From Macrostomum hystrix (lineage: Eukaryota; Animalia; Platyhelminthes): a stretch of DNA of 64,000 nt. Below the pieces are notes generated by a model. The model searched no databases. It saw only the letters and a list, made by a program, of their open reading frames with translations, and was not told the DNA's origin. Shown here in pieces: positions 46,896 through 58,705 of this stretch; position 1 is the stretch's first letter; each line of letters begins with the position of its first letter. The DNA is taken from positions 5,518,001 to 5,582,000 of the forward strand of contig CATNEN010000029.1 in the NCBI GenBank assembly GCA_950097015.1, read 5' to 3'. Position numbers and translations under genes: made by a program.

Positions 46896-47419
46896 CCCTC
46901 TGCCTGAGAACAGAGTTACTGCGTGTAACAGCCGAACAAACTGTTGCACAACTAGGCTACAATTACCCATGAAATTTTCGCATGAAAGCCATTAAATAAT
47001 ACAAGAAAAGCAATGAAAAAGCAACTTACGGTTCTCAAATACGGTCAGAGTGACAGCAAAAGCACTGTTTTCCTAACGACAGTATCATACAGATCACCGA
47101 AGACTACGCTCGTACAAGACAAACAAAATGCTGCACTTTATTTGTCTTAACTGCTTATCTATATGTAGTGTGCTGCTATCGCTGCGTCTTTTTTCCTGCA
47201 TTCAGAGATCAACCTTCTCAGATAAAGGAATCGGAGTCTATAATGCTAATTTAACGTACGCAGGGCTCAATTCCATTCTAGTCATTTTCTGCCCGTGTAT
47301 TCAGCGCAGTGAATTGACAGGGAAAATTCTTTCTTAACAGGCTCTCGATTCATTTTCTTATCACCTTTTAGGTATCTGAGTGCCCCCCACTCCGATATTT
47401 CAGGGCTTTAATTTCTATT

Positions 47420-49947
47420 TACCCTCCGATTCTACAGTTCGATACCCTCCGATCCTTCAGTTCGATAACCTCCTATCCTTCAGTTCGCTTTACCCTCCGA
47501 TCCTTCAGTTCGCTTTACCCTCCGATCCTTCAGTTCGATACCCTCCGATCCTTCAGTTCGATACCCTCCGATTCTACAGTTCGATACCCTCCGATCCTTC
47601 AGTTCGATACCCTCCTATCCTTCAGTTCGCTACCCTCCGATCCTTCAGTTCGCTACCCTCCGATCCTTCAGTTCGCTACCCTCCGATCCTTCAGTTCGCT
47701 ACCCTCCGATCCTTCAGTTCGCTTTACCCTCCGATCCTTCAGTTCGATACCCTCCTATCCTTCAGTTCGATACCCTCCGATCCTTCAGTTCGATATCCTC
47801 CTATCCTTCAGTTCGATACCCTCCTATCCTTCAGTTCGATACCCTCCGATCCTTCAGTTCGATATCCTCCTATCCTTCAGTTCGATACCCTCCTATCCTT
47901 CAGTTCGATACCCTCCGATCCTTCAGTTCGATACCCTCCGATCCTTCAGTTCGATACCCTCCGATCCTTCAGTTCGATACCCTCCGATCCTTCAGTTCGA
48001 TACCCTCCGATCCTTCAGTTCGATACCCTCCGATCCTTCAGTTCGATACCCTCCGATCCTTCAGTTCGATACCCTCCGATCCTTCAGTTGGCTTTACCCT
48101 CCGATCCTTCAGTTCGATACCCTCCGATCCTTCAGTTCGCTACCCTCCGATCCTTCAGTTCGCTACCCTCCGATCCTTCAGTTCGATACCCTCCTTTCCT
48201 TCAGTTCGATACCCTCCGATCCTTCAGTTCGCTACCCTCCGATCCTTCAGTTCGCTACCCTCCGATCCTTCAGTTCGATACCCTCCTTTCCTTCAGTTCG
48301 ATACCCTCCGATCCTTCAGTTCGCTACCCTCCGATCCTTCAGTTCGATACCCTCCGATCCTTCAGTTCGATACCCTCCGATCCTTCAGTTGGCTTTACCC
48401 TCCGATCCTTCAGTTCGATACCCTCCGATCCTTCAGTTGGCTTTACCCTCCGATCCTTCAGTTCGATACCCTCCTATCCTTCAGTTCGATACCCTCCGAT
48501 CCTTCAGTTCGATACCCTCCGATCCTTCAGTTCGATACCCTCCGATCCTTCAGTTCGATACCCTCCGATCCTTCAGTTCGATACCCTCCGATCCTTCAGT
48601 TCGATACCCTCCGATCCTTCAGTTCGATACCCTCCGATCCTTCAGTTCGATACCCTCCTATCCTTCAGTTGGCTTTACCCTCCGATCCTTCAGTTCGATA
48701 CCCTCCGATCCTTTAGTTGGCTTTACCCTCCGATCCTTCAGTTCGATACCCTCCGATCCTTCAGTTGGCTTTACCCTCCGATCCTTCAGTTCGCTACCCT
48801 CCGATCCTTCAGTTCGATACCCTCCGATCCTTCAGTTCGATACCCTCCGATCCTTCAGTTCGATACCCTCCGATCCTTCAGTTGGCTTTACCCTCCGATC
48901 CTTCAGTTCGATACCCTCCGATCCTTCAGTTGGCTTTACCCTCCGATCCTTCAGTTCGATACCCTCCGATCCTTCAGTTGGCTTTACCCTCCGATCCTTC
49001 AGTTCGATACCCTCCGATCCTTCAGTTGGCTTTACCCTCCGATCCTTCAGTTCGATACCCTCCGATCCTTCAGTTCGCTACCCTCCGATCCTTCAGTTCG
49101 CTTTACCCTCCGATCCTTCAGTTCGATACCCTCCTATCCTTCAGTTCGATACCCTCCGATCCTTCAGTTCGATATCCTCCTATCCTTCAGTTCGCTACCC
49201 TCCGATCCTTCAGTTCGATACCCTCCGATCCTTCAGTTCGCTACCCTCCGATCCTTCAGTTCGCTACCCTCCGATCCTTCAGTTCGATACCCTCCTTTCC
49301 TTCAGTTCGATACCCTCCGATCCTTCAGTTCGCTACCCTCCGATCCTTCAGTTCGCTACCCTCCGATCCTTCAGTTCGCTACCCTCCGATCCTTCAGTTC
49401 GCTACCCTCCGATCCTTCAGTTCGATACCCTCCGATCCTTCAGTTCGATACCCTCCGATCCTTCAGTTCGATACCCTCCTATCCTTCAGTTCGCTACCCT
49501 CCGATCCTTCAGTTCGATACCCTCCGATCCTTCAGTTGGCTTTACCCTCCGATCCTTCAGTTCGATACCCTCCGATCCTTCAGTTGGCTTTACCCTCCGA
49601 TCCTTCAGTTCGATACCCTCCGATCCTTCAGTTCGATACCCTCCGATCCTTCAGTTGGCTTTACCCTCCGATCCTTCAGTTCGATACCCTCCGATCCTTC
49701 AGTTGGCTTTACCCTCCGATCCTTCAGTTCGATACCCTCCGATCCTTCAGTTGGCTTTACCCTCCGATCCTTCAGTTCGATACCCTCCGATCCTTCAGTT
49801 GGCTTTACCCTCCGATCCTTCAGTTCGATACCCTCCGATCCTTCAGTTGGCTTTACCCTCCGATCCTTCAGTTCGATACCCTCCTATCCTTCAGTTGGCT
49901 TTACCCTCCGATCCTTCAGTTCGATACCCTCCTATCCTTCAGTTCGC
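47420..49947. repeat. Minisatellite, 23-24 bp TCCGATCCTTCAGTTCGATACCC x~108
   Basis: Tandem copies. It produces the spurious 859/528/499-aa ORFs. Confidence 0.97.
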
Positions 49948-50014
49948 TTCATCCTCTGATATTTCAGGGTTTTAGTTTGCTATACGCTCCGATTGTTCTT
50001 GCTTTAGTGATTAA

Positions 50015-50590
50015 CAGTAGAACTACCAAGGGGGGGGGAATTCCCCCCCTGACAATTTGTTTTGGTGCACCCGAACGGAACAATGCAAGCACACGAAACT
50101 CAAGAACACGGGCCAACTTTTTGTTGCGCATCTTCTTAAACAAGAAACAAGTCGCCAGCTTTTCAGACCGTCGAGATGTTCAATGTTTCTGGCCGAAGGT
50201 CCGATTTTTCCCATAAGAGCTAGTGTATTTCATACACCCCTATACACGAATTTGCACTGCGCATCAGTGTGGCCTTGCCAGGCCTTCAAAATTTATCAAC
50301 ATGTCACCCGAGTGTGCCTGCATCATCTCCGTCTTCGGTGGTCACCTACCTTTATCTAGACAGACTGCTGGACCTTCAAGGGCTACAACAGGTGGAACTA
50401 TGGACACCCTGACGCGAATTTCTCAAATTTCAATGCTCAAGCCAAAATATTAGGCGCAGCCCAACCACAGGACACCATCGCCTAGTCTGTCAACCAATCA
50501 GTCACCACCCAAAGCTGCTAGCATTCGGGCGCTGCCAAAAAAATTGTCAGTGGTTAAAAACGGGCGGCAAAATGGCTTGGTAGTCCTTCT
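50015..50590 (+). mobile_element. Non-autonomous TIR element beginning TTAA|CAGT; second copy inverted at ~7520-8040
   Basis: About 480 bp of clear similarity between 50040-50530 and the reverse complement of 7560-8040. Termini are CAGTAGAACTAC and CAGTCGGACTAG. Confidence 0.7.
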
Positions 50591-50960
50591 AGTCCTAGTA
50601 AAAAAAGCTTTGAAGCACAGACTACGAATGCTACATCATGCACAATGTACTGTTTAAGATATATCATGTGTTTCGAGAACTGTGCATAAGGCCAGTATCC
50701 ACTAAGAAATACTGTGCACTGCTAGATGCCACTTCAGACATTGAAAGGGCCCAATTAATACTGTAGTTTGCTATTTAGAAAACGAGCAGACTGTCTCCCT
50801 CTCTCTTCTCCGACTAAAGTAAGTCTGCAGTTGAGAAAAACTTCAGCGCTTAAACAGAAAAGACTGTTATAATGAGCAGATGAAATGCTCCGCTGCAGCT
50901 ATAAAACTCTAATGTAACAGTTGACAAGTGCCCAGACCTAACAGCGATTCCGCTAAAAGC

Positions 50961-51905
50961 ATGGCTCAACAGAGGGACCGCCAGACGAGTACGACGGACG
51001 ATGCGTTTCGCGATCTGATCAACAATCACGCGGCTCAGGCCAGCGCCTACATTCGGCGAGCGATGCGAAGAGAGTGAGAAAACTGTGATTGCCATTTGAT
51101 AATATTGACAACGTAACATACGAGTGCATCTCCCCCAAAGAAGTCCCTGACCTTTTATTCCACGGAGAGGGCGCATTCATTAGGGTCTCACTGCAAAACC
51201 TAAGGGCATAGTGTGCACACTTCCTGACGATGAAAAATAAAAATTAATTATACCAGCCCTAATTAAGTCAGATGTGCAGCGGACGGCACAGCGACAGCTA
51301 TTGCGCGGCTGTTCAGTCCATCAATTTACCCCAGCTGACGCTGGTACCCATGTCTTGCTTAGGGATACAAATGGTTTCAATGGAGTCGAGAATCGAACCC
51401 CCGACCTTCACGTCGTGAGTCCGACGCTCAAACCACTAGGCTACAACCAAAATGATGTGCCCGGTGCCCACAGCTCTACTGTAACCACAGAACCAAAGAT
51501 AATTATTATTCTGATTCGCCACGAAGAACCGACACTCCCGGTACCCACAGAACGGATGCCCAGACCCTGTTTGGCACGCTGGGAGACAATGAGTTCCGGA
51601 GCGGAAAACGGCAGATGCTGGAGCGCCTATCACCGGGCACGAATCCGTACGCCGAGGCCGGCTTTCGGGTGAGCGGCTAGCTGACTTTAGAGTCGGGGAA
51701 GGTGGAGAATGGCATCGTCCCTTAGAAGGGGAGCTTCTGGCCAAGAGGTCGGTAGTTCGAATCTCAACCGGCAAAAATTGTACCAACCCCAACTGGCCTC
51801 GCTTAATTGCAGAACGCCAAGCCGCAGAATCAGTCCAGCTTCATCGTGCACCCGGAGTGGGTGTCTGAGCACTCAGGATCCAAGCTCGCTCAGAAGGCTA
51901 AGTAA
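50961..51905 (+). CDS. Hypothetical 115-aa protein, 3 exons (not in ORF track)
   Basis: Exons 50961-51073 (GTGAGA donor), 51527-51668 (GTGAGC donor) and 51813-51905 join in phase 2 then phase 0. Product: MAQQRDRQTSTTDDAFRDLINNHAAQASAYIRRAMRRETDTPGTHRTDAQTLFGTLGDNEFRSGKRQMLERLSPGTNPYAEAGFRNAKPQNQSSFIVHPEWVSEHSGSKLAQKAK*. The exons are GC-rich against AT-rich flanks. Confidence 0.7.
51268..51448 (-). mobile_element. SINE family B, internally deleted, in intron 1 of the orphan gene
   Basis: GCTGTTCAGTCCAT, CCCCAGCTGACGCTGGTACCCAT and GAATCGAACCCCCGACCTT...GTGAGTCCGACGCTC match the 3826-4120 copy. Confidence 0.8.
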
Positions 51906-52560
51906 TAAGCAATGAAATCGACTCAAACTATCCGTCCCAGTTGATTGTGCTCATCTACATTCAGTACCCGCCAAAAAGGTGCTTCTTCTTTGGCTGCTTC
52001 TGAGCGGAAGTATCGATGTTCTTCATTTGTATTCCGATCTGTCGTATGATTTTTTGTCAAATATACTGTTTAACTTCAAGGCGAATTCATGCCCCTTCTC
52101 GATCACCAAGACGTTACAGCTGTCCTGAATGTCCCAAGGACTATCTCATTTTTTCGAAAGTTTCAAATACACAAAATGTTTATTAGCATTCATAAAAATT
52201 ACAGAACGTCAGCCTAAAGAAACTCGCGCCTTTCATTTGTTTCTAGTTTGTACAGTATCGTTAATTTTTTAAGAACGGTGGTATATGAGATTAACGATGA
52301 CGGGTAATGTAATTTAAGTTCATGGGCAGTACAGAATGCTTGCAGAATTTTTATTTTTTTGAATACAATATTTCAGGTAATTTTACGATTAAATGTGACA
52401 CATTAAAATGCCAATGTTAAAGCACCATAAATAATAGCAAAGTCGAATGCCCCATTTCATGCTTAGATGTCACTAATTGCACCACTTAGTGTTTTGTCTA
52501 GCTAGCTTAGATAAACACTAAACAAATGAATTAAAACCGAAACTGAATCTTCTGCTTCTA

Positions 52561-53031
52561 CTATTGATTTGCCGCCCTCTTGTTTCGACTGCCGCTGGTG
52601 CGGACAGGCGGGCCGGGCACAAAACGTTGCTGCTGCTGCTGCTGCTGTTTCTCCATTTGCTTGCTTTGCTTGCCCAGCTGCTTTTCAACTTGCTGCTTCT
52701 TTCCTTCGCGTGGCATCGGCGAGCATCGCATCTCCGAGTCGATACTACTGTTTAATGTGCGATTTAAGTAGTATCTAGCCCGCTCAGTGTCCGGCGTTTC
52801 AGTGGCTGGTCTGTGGACAGAGTGACTCTGGCTGGGGTGGCCAAGGTCTCGCAGCAGTCGCTCGAGAGGTGTCAGTCGGCGCCGTTTCGGCTGGGGAGGC
52901 GGTGGTGTTGCCAGACCAATCACATCTCTGTCGTGACGCACAAACACATTTGCTATGTTGCTGCTGTTGCCATGGTAACACGAGTCTGCAACGACTGATT
53001 CACCAGAAGAATCGCCACTGCTGGTTGACAT
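52561..53031 (-). CDS. Hypothetical protein (156 aa from ATG 53031) or terminal exon of a larger gene; NLS-like PKRRR, polyQ
   Basis: GC-rich open frame in an AT-rich context. A TTTCAG acceptor lies just upstream. No recognised domain. Confidence 0.6.
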   Translation of the reverse strand: MSTSSGDSSGESVVADSCYHGNSSNIANVFVRHDRDVIGLATPPPPQPKRRRLTPLERLLRDLGHPSQSHSVHRPATETPDTERARYYLNRTLNSSIDSEMRCSPMPREGKKQQVEKQLGKQSKQMEKQQQQQQQRFVPGPPVRTSGSRNKRAANQ

Positions 53032-53140
53032 TTCTCTGGCTTCAGCTGTTTTCTGGACTGGACTGAAATGAGTACACATTTACTTTTTCTCATTCTCATT
53101 CCAACAAATAATTTTACTTAAATGAAATTAAATTTGCAAG

Positions 53141-53403
53141 CATACATGCGCAACACCCGGCCGGGTGAAACGAAGGCCAAGCAAGGTAAGTCGCAAAAAC
53201 CAATCGACAAAGCGCAAAAAATCAAAGGGGGGGACCAAGGGACAAAAAAGGAAGGCGTGAAGAAAAGGAAAAAGGGGAGAGAAAAAGAGAGCAAATGAGA
53301 GCAAACTAAGTTGTAAATAGAGCAATGAAATGAACTAAGTTGCAAATGAGAGCAAAAACTAAGTCGCACGGCCGGCTAAGATTTGGGAGGTTGCGCATGT
53401 ATG
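53141..53403 (+). mobile_element. hAT-like MITE
   Basis: 14-bp TIR CATACATGCGCAAC/GTTGCGCATGTATG. 8-bp TSD TTTGCAAG at 53133-53140 and 53404-53411. Confidence 0.8.
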
Positions 53404-53777
53404 TTTGCAAGGCAGAAATGAAGACTAGCTAGTAGGTTTTAAAAAAGGCACTATTAGCAGCATAATGCATTGCACTAAACCAAGCATGCTAAAAATGGAA
53501 TTTTTTAAAGAAATGCTTAATATTTACTTTAACACCTAATTTTAATTTTTACTGCATTGGCATATTTATTTGGTTTTTTTCAGGAGGAAAGTTTTTTATA
53601 TACCTTTAGATAAAAATTATAAAGGCAAGTGTCTGAAAACTACCGGAATATAATAGACAGAGCAAAAAATATTATGAATAGCATTAATAATTAATTGTCA
53701 TGAATTTTCAGGAAAATAAATTCTAGGACTAGGTTACTTACTAAGTAGTTGTTTTTATCTTAATCATATGTTCATTA

Positions 53778-54048
53778 TGCTGAGTTTGTAGCCTAATGGT
53801 TAGAGTGTCAGACTCACAACTTGAAGGTCAGGGGTTCAATTCCCCTAGCTTCAATTCAACAGTTTCAGTTCACCTAGCTGTTAAATGGGTACCAGCATTA
53901 GCTAGAATAACTGAATGTGGATGTGGCCTCCCCCAAGTCCATGGACTGAACAGCTATATGCAGCTTTCATATGCGCCCCGCAATAGCTGCAGCTATGCTG
54001 TCAGCTGTACATCTGGCCTAAATGGGATAGGTGTAATCAAAACAATCA
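53778..54048 (+). mobile_element. SINE family B with 12-bp TSD
   Basis: Head TAGCCTAATGGTTAGAG...GGTTCAATTCC and the same CORE/body. TSD ATATGTTCATTA at 53766-53777 and 54049-54060. Confidence 0.85.
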
Positions 54049-55466
54049 ATATGTTCATTAACTTGATTACTTTTATTCTTGAACTAACAGACTAACAATA
54101 GGCCTAATATGTACTTTCTTGTTACTGATTCAATGCTATTTATTGCATGTTACTTTTCATTTTTAACAGTGCTTATCCCCATGGAACATGGTACTGTTGC
54201 AATAATGGGCTGCCCTATTATATTAACTTGATATTTATAGATAACTTGATAACTTCATATTAACTTGTTCAACTAAATGAATACAGTTGAATAACCAAAC
54301 TCTGCACTTTAAACCCTGCCAAGCTGATACCACACCAAAAATGGGAGCATGGACATTGCCAGGCAGTGGTGTGAAACAACTAAGAGGGTAACCAGACCAG
54401 CTAGGTAGCTAGGCCTATTTCTCCAGACTGATGTGCGATGTCCTGCCCTGCCCAGATGCCCAGACCTCCCATAGGGCCATGGGCTAGTCAGATGCATCAT
54501 GTTGTAAAGAAATCAGGGGTAGAAAACAGGCGCCATAAGAAAGCTAGGCTACGTGAGAAAATGTTTCGCACTACGCATAACTTAATCAGTAGGGCCTAGT
54601 TATTTTTCTGGAACCAGCGCTAGAAAAAAGTTTAGTGCAGTTCCTACTAGCGCCCTGCAGTTGCGTTTGGCGCTTTTTAAATTACAGGTTATAAGCAAGT
54701 CCAATTCCAAAATTATAAAGTACTTTAATTCAGCTATTCCAAGAAGCAAGCATGAAGTCAAATTTTAGCAAGTCACATTTTTAACAACTCTATTAACAGT
54801 TTGATCTACAAACTGTTACATAGCACTTGTTTTCTAAAGACAAACCCGAAAAGAAAAATATTAGGAATTTTTAATTGAGTCACTAAAGAGACATAGAATA
54901 TTGCACAATTTCATCATTTAGAATTTGCATTTGCAAAGAACACGCGTGCAAAGAACTTCCTTAATTCATGCGATAGGCCTACTCCGGTCTCTGTGGGCTT
55001 CCACGACCACGACTATATGGTATTTTTGTGTTATTTTAGTTTTTTACTGACTAATAACATTGACTCCAAATAGTATGTTTGCAACTTACCTAAGATTTAA
55101 GACATTGGCATGGTCATGGAGTTGCAGCATTTATAAATGCTAAAATGTGCAGTAGAAATTCTAGCATTATAAATGCTAGCTAGTCATTTTGGCAAGTGCC
55201 CAAACTTTTGTTAATTATTTAATATATTTATAGAGTTCTGCTATAGCTATGGTCTATGGATATGGCTACAGAAAGTTACAGATAGGAGCAGGCTACTGGA
55301 AAATTTTAGAGATAGGGATAGGCCTACAAAGAGACAAAAATTTTGGTTATAGCAGAATTTTATATATATTTAGTGTTTGCCTATGTCTATAGAACTAGCT
55401 AGAGGCGAATTAGATGTAAATGAACTTAGGGACAAGTAGCTCCAATATGAAACTATGGTTGAAAAC

Positions 55467-55939
55467 GGTCCCAGGTCATTTCGGTGACAAGACATTTCGG
55501 TGACAGTCATTTCGGTGACACAATTGGTCAGATTGGTGACAACTATTTTTGCACCTTAATATGCTAAAAAACTGCCTTCCATTTTAACTATGCACACATA
55601 TAAAATATTAATTAAATAATGCTAAAAGTATTAATAAGAAGCTGCATCGCTATGTTAAAGTCTGGGTTTTACTTTAAATGAGTTAAATTATTAAATTATT
55701 TAATGAGTAGGCCCTAGTCAATAGTTTCAATAGTTATTCGTTCCTAATTAAAAGTGTATAATAAACATTTTTCAAGTTTTGGATTGACAAGGCGAGTGCA
55801 GGCTTTAAGCAGCTGCTGGATCGTGGAAGGCTGTTTTCTTAGCATATTTAGGTGCAAAAATAGTTGTCACCGAACTGACCAATTCTGTCACCGAAATGAC
55901 TGTCACCGAAATGTCTTGTCACCAAAATGACCTGGGACC
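55467..55939 (+). mobile_element. Mutator/foldback-like MITE with ~130-bp TIRs and 9-bp TSD
   Basis: Ends are GGTCCCAGGTCATTTCGGTGAC... and ...GTCACCAAAATGACCTGGGACC, with subterminal TTTCGGTGACA repeats. TSD GTTGAAAAC at 55458-55466 and 55940-55948. Confidence 0.85.
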
Positions 55940-57447
55940 GTTGAAAACAATAGACATTAGAGTCAACATATAGAGTTTGTCACCATGACCTTCTTTAGCT
56001 AGAAATTCCTTGTATCTTATTTAGGCTTAGGCTCAAAATTGAAGAAAGAAAAAGTTGAATACTGATAGCTAAATAAAAATTGGGCTATAGCTAAATCTAT
56101 GGCACCACGTAGCTTAGGCCTATAGAATAATATTTAAGCAACCAACCTAATCTTATGTAGGCCTAGTTAAGCAAGTGCCTTTGTTTCTACTTTATTATTT
56201 GATTGTTAAAGCAATGATGGCCTATGAAAAGACCTGTCTAAAGTGACAGGTCTTTTCAAAAAAAAGTTTGAAATGTAGAAATTGACAATTATTATAAAGG
56301 TAAAATAAAGGAGCTTGATCTGTATCAATAACTATATATATTCAACTTTGGGCATTCGTAAAATATATCATGTTGATACATTTCCATTTATAAGTACTAA
56401 TTATTTGAATAGACTATTTATTGACCATAGATAAATTTTTGGTAAACTTTTTAACTAAAAATGATTCTGTGGTTTCAATTCAATCAATTCACATGGTCAT
56501 AAACAATGGGGGGAGTCAATAAATAAGTTAGAGGTATACATACAACTGTCAGAGGCTAGTAGGCAGCCGAGGCTAGCAAGATGATTAAAATTCTTGGTCT
56601 TTACTTTCTGCTATATCACAGTACTATCAGCAATGACAATTACATCAACTTTAACAATTCTGCAATTGCAACTTCTTTTTGTTCTTATCAACCTTGAAGT
56701 CATCTTCCCATATTTATTTTTAATGAAAGTTACATTTTCCTGCTTCCATGTCAAAAGCACCACTTCACAAAACAGCCACCAAGCATGTCAGAATAGCCAC
56801 AAATAAAAAAATAATTACTGTAAACAATTGTCTTTGAATTCATATGTTAGGATAGTAAAACAATAAAGTTCTAATTCTGTTAAGCTTGTTAACATCTAGA
56901 AATTTCTTGATGTATACAAGTACCAAATACCATCATAATGCTTATTCACAATTTTAAGCCTCATTCTTTCTACCAGGCAATTTTAATAATTCAATTCTTT
57001 GCAGCAAGAATGTGCAGACTAGAAAGAAAAAAAATATTTTAGTTAATTTATTTAAAAGACAAAATTGCACGTGTTAAGAAAAAGATCAAACTTGTATGGG
57101 TTCCTTTGTTTTTATTTGGAGCAACTTTTTATAGTATTGTAAATTAGAAGACTCTTGTATGGCCAATATGTTATCTGGCTATTTTGCCCTATGCCCATTT
57201 TGATGTATAATTTTTATTACAATCTTATGTGACTATTATGGTAACATACGTTTTTTGCTCACAAAAACTCACAGGAATCATTCTGAGGCACAAAAACACA
57301 TAAACTTGCCAAATCCTTCAGCCTTCCCAACCGGTAGCCAGCAGCGCTCGGACTCTTGTAGCCGGCTGCAAATCCTCAAGCGTTTTAAGGAAGTGCAGAT
57401 CCCTAGGCGATCGTCTGGCTAAATCGAAGAACAGCAGAAACACGAAG

Positions 57448-58705
57448 ATGCGTATTCTATCAGCCTTGCGCGGTGCTTCCAAGAATCTGCTGCGCACAAT
57501 TGTCCTGAGTCCCAGCAATCTAAAGCAATGCGTTGAAGCTGCTGCAAGAGCACTGCTCGATGGCGGCCTTGTCGCATTGCCCACAGACACTGTCTATGGC
57601 CTAGCCTGTCTGGCAGACTGTCCTAAAGCTGTTAGTCGCGTCTATGCTGCCAAGGGTCGGTCGAGTGGCAAGCCGTTGGCTGTGTGCCTCGACTCTGCCG
57701 ACAGAGTGTCTGATTGGACCAGTGCCCAGGTAACACTGGCACGCTGATTGCTGAGTTGAATCGCATTAATAAAGGCAGTAGTCATTAGCACCCCAGCATG
57801 TGATTGAGGACTCCGCTATCCTTCACAAATAAGTGACATCGTTGAGTCCGCTATCCTTCCCAACTGAGTTGCATTGTTGAGTCCGCTATCCTTCCCAACT
57901 GAGTTGCATTGTTGAGTCCGCTATCCTTCCCAACTGAGTTGCATTGTTGAGTCCGCTATCCTTCCCAACTGAGTTGCATTGTTGAGTCCGCTATCCTTCC
58001 CAAATGAGTTGCATTGTTGAGTCCGCTATCCTTCCCAAATGAGTTGCATTGTTGAGTCCGCTATCCTTCCCAACTGAGTTGCATTGTTGAGTCCGCTATC
58101 CTTCCCAACTGAGTTGCATTGTTGAGTCCGCTATCCTTCCCAAATGAGTTGCATTGTTGAGTCCGCTATCCTTCCCAAATGAGTTGCATTGTTGAGTCCG
58201 CTATCCTTCCCAACTGAGTTGCATTGTTGAGTCCGCTATCCTTCCCAAATGAGTTGCATTGTTGAGTCCGCTATCCTTCCCAAATAAGTGGCCCTTCTCA
58301 CCCAGTACCTCATCTGAAACGCAGGCCGGTCACAGGGTTACAGACAGCCTATTAAGAGCCCTACTGCCTGGCCCAGTGACCTTGGTGCTGCCGCGAGGCC
58401 CCAACCTGAGCGACCTACTCAATCCTGGCGTGGCCGCTGTTGGCATTCGAGTCCCCGATCATCCGTTTATCCGTGCCCTGTGCAGCCGGGTTGCCCGCCC
58501 GGTGGCGCTGACTTCCGCCAACGCCAGCGGCGCATCTGACAGCCTGCAGCCAGCCGAGTTTCAATGCCTGTGGCCGCATCTGCAGCTAGTGGTTGACGGC
58601 GGCCTGCTGACACCCGGACCGCCTAGCACAGTAGTGGAACTGATGCCTGTCCACAATGCTGTATCGGGTGCTGCGGACTGGCCGAGCCCTGGGTCCAACC
58701 GCTGA
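57448..58705 (+). CDS. YRDC: YrdC/Sua5 threonylcarbamoyl-AMP synthase; conserved C-terminus continues in +1 frame to 58814
   Basis: Exons 57448-57729 and 58325-58705. Motifs VALPTDTVYGLAC, VYAAKGR..KPL, LLPGPVTLV, VGIRVPDH, PVALTSAN, VVDGG and STVVEL. Confidence 0.9.
57841..58285. repeat. Minisatellite, 35 bp GTTGAGTCCGCTATCCTTCCCAACTGAGTTGCATT x~12.7, YRDC intron
   Basis: Tandem copies. Confidence 0.97.

Noticed and set aside
47380-50216. 859-, 528- and 499-aa ORFs, plus similar long ORFs at 9044-10176, 20468-21619, 27265-28822, 34760-36210, 43283-44204 and 61215-61775
   Set aside because: They are translations of stop-free minisatellites, with periodic peptides in several frames or strands and positions inside introns or intergenic DNA.
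57448-58705. Horizontal transfer of bacterial tsaC/yrdC
   Set aside because: The gene has a spliceosomal intron and an N-terminal extension consistent with ordinary eukaryotic YRDC.
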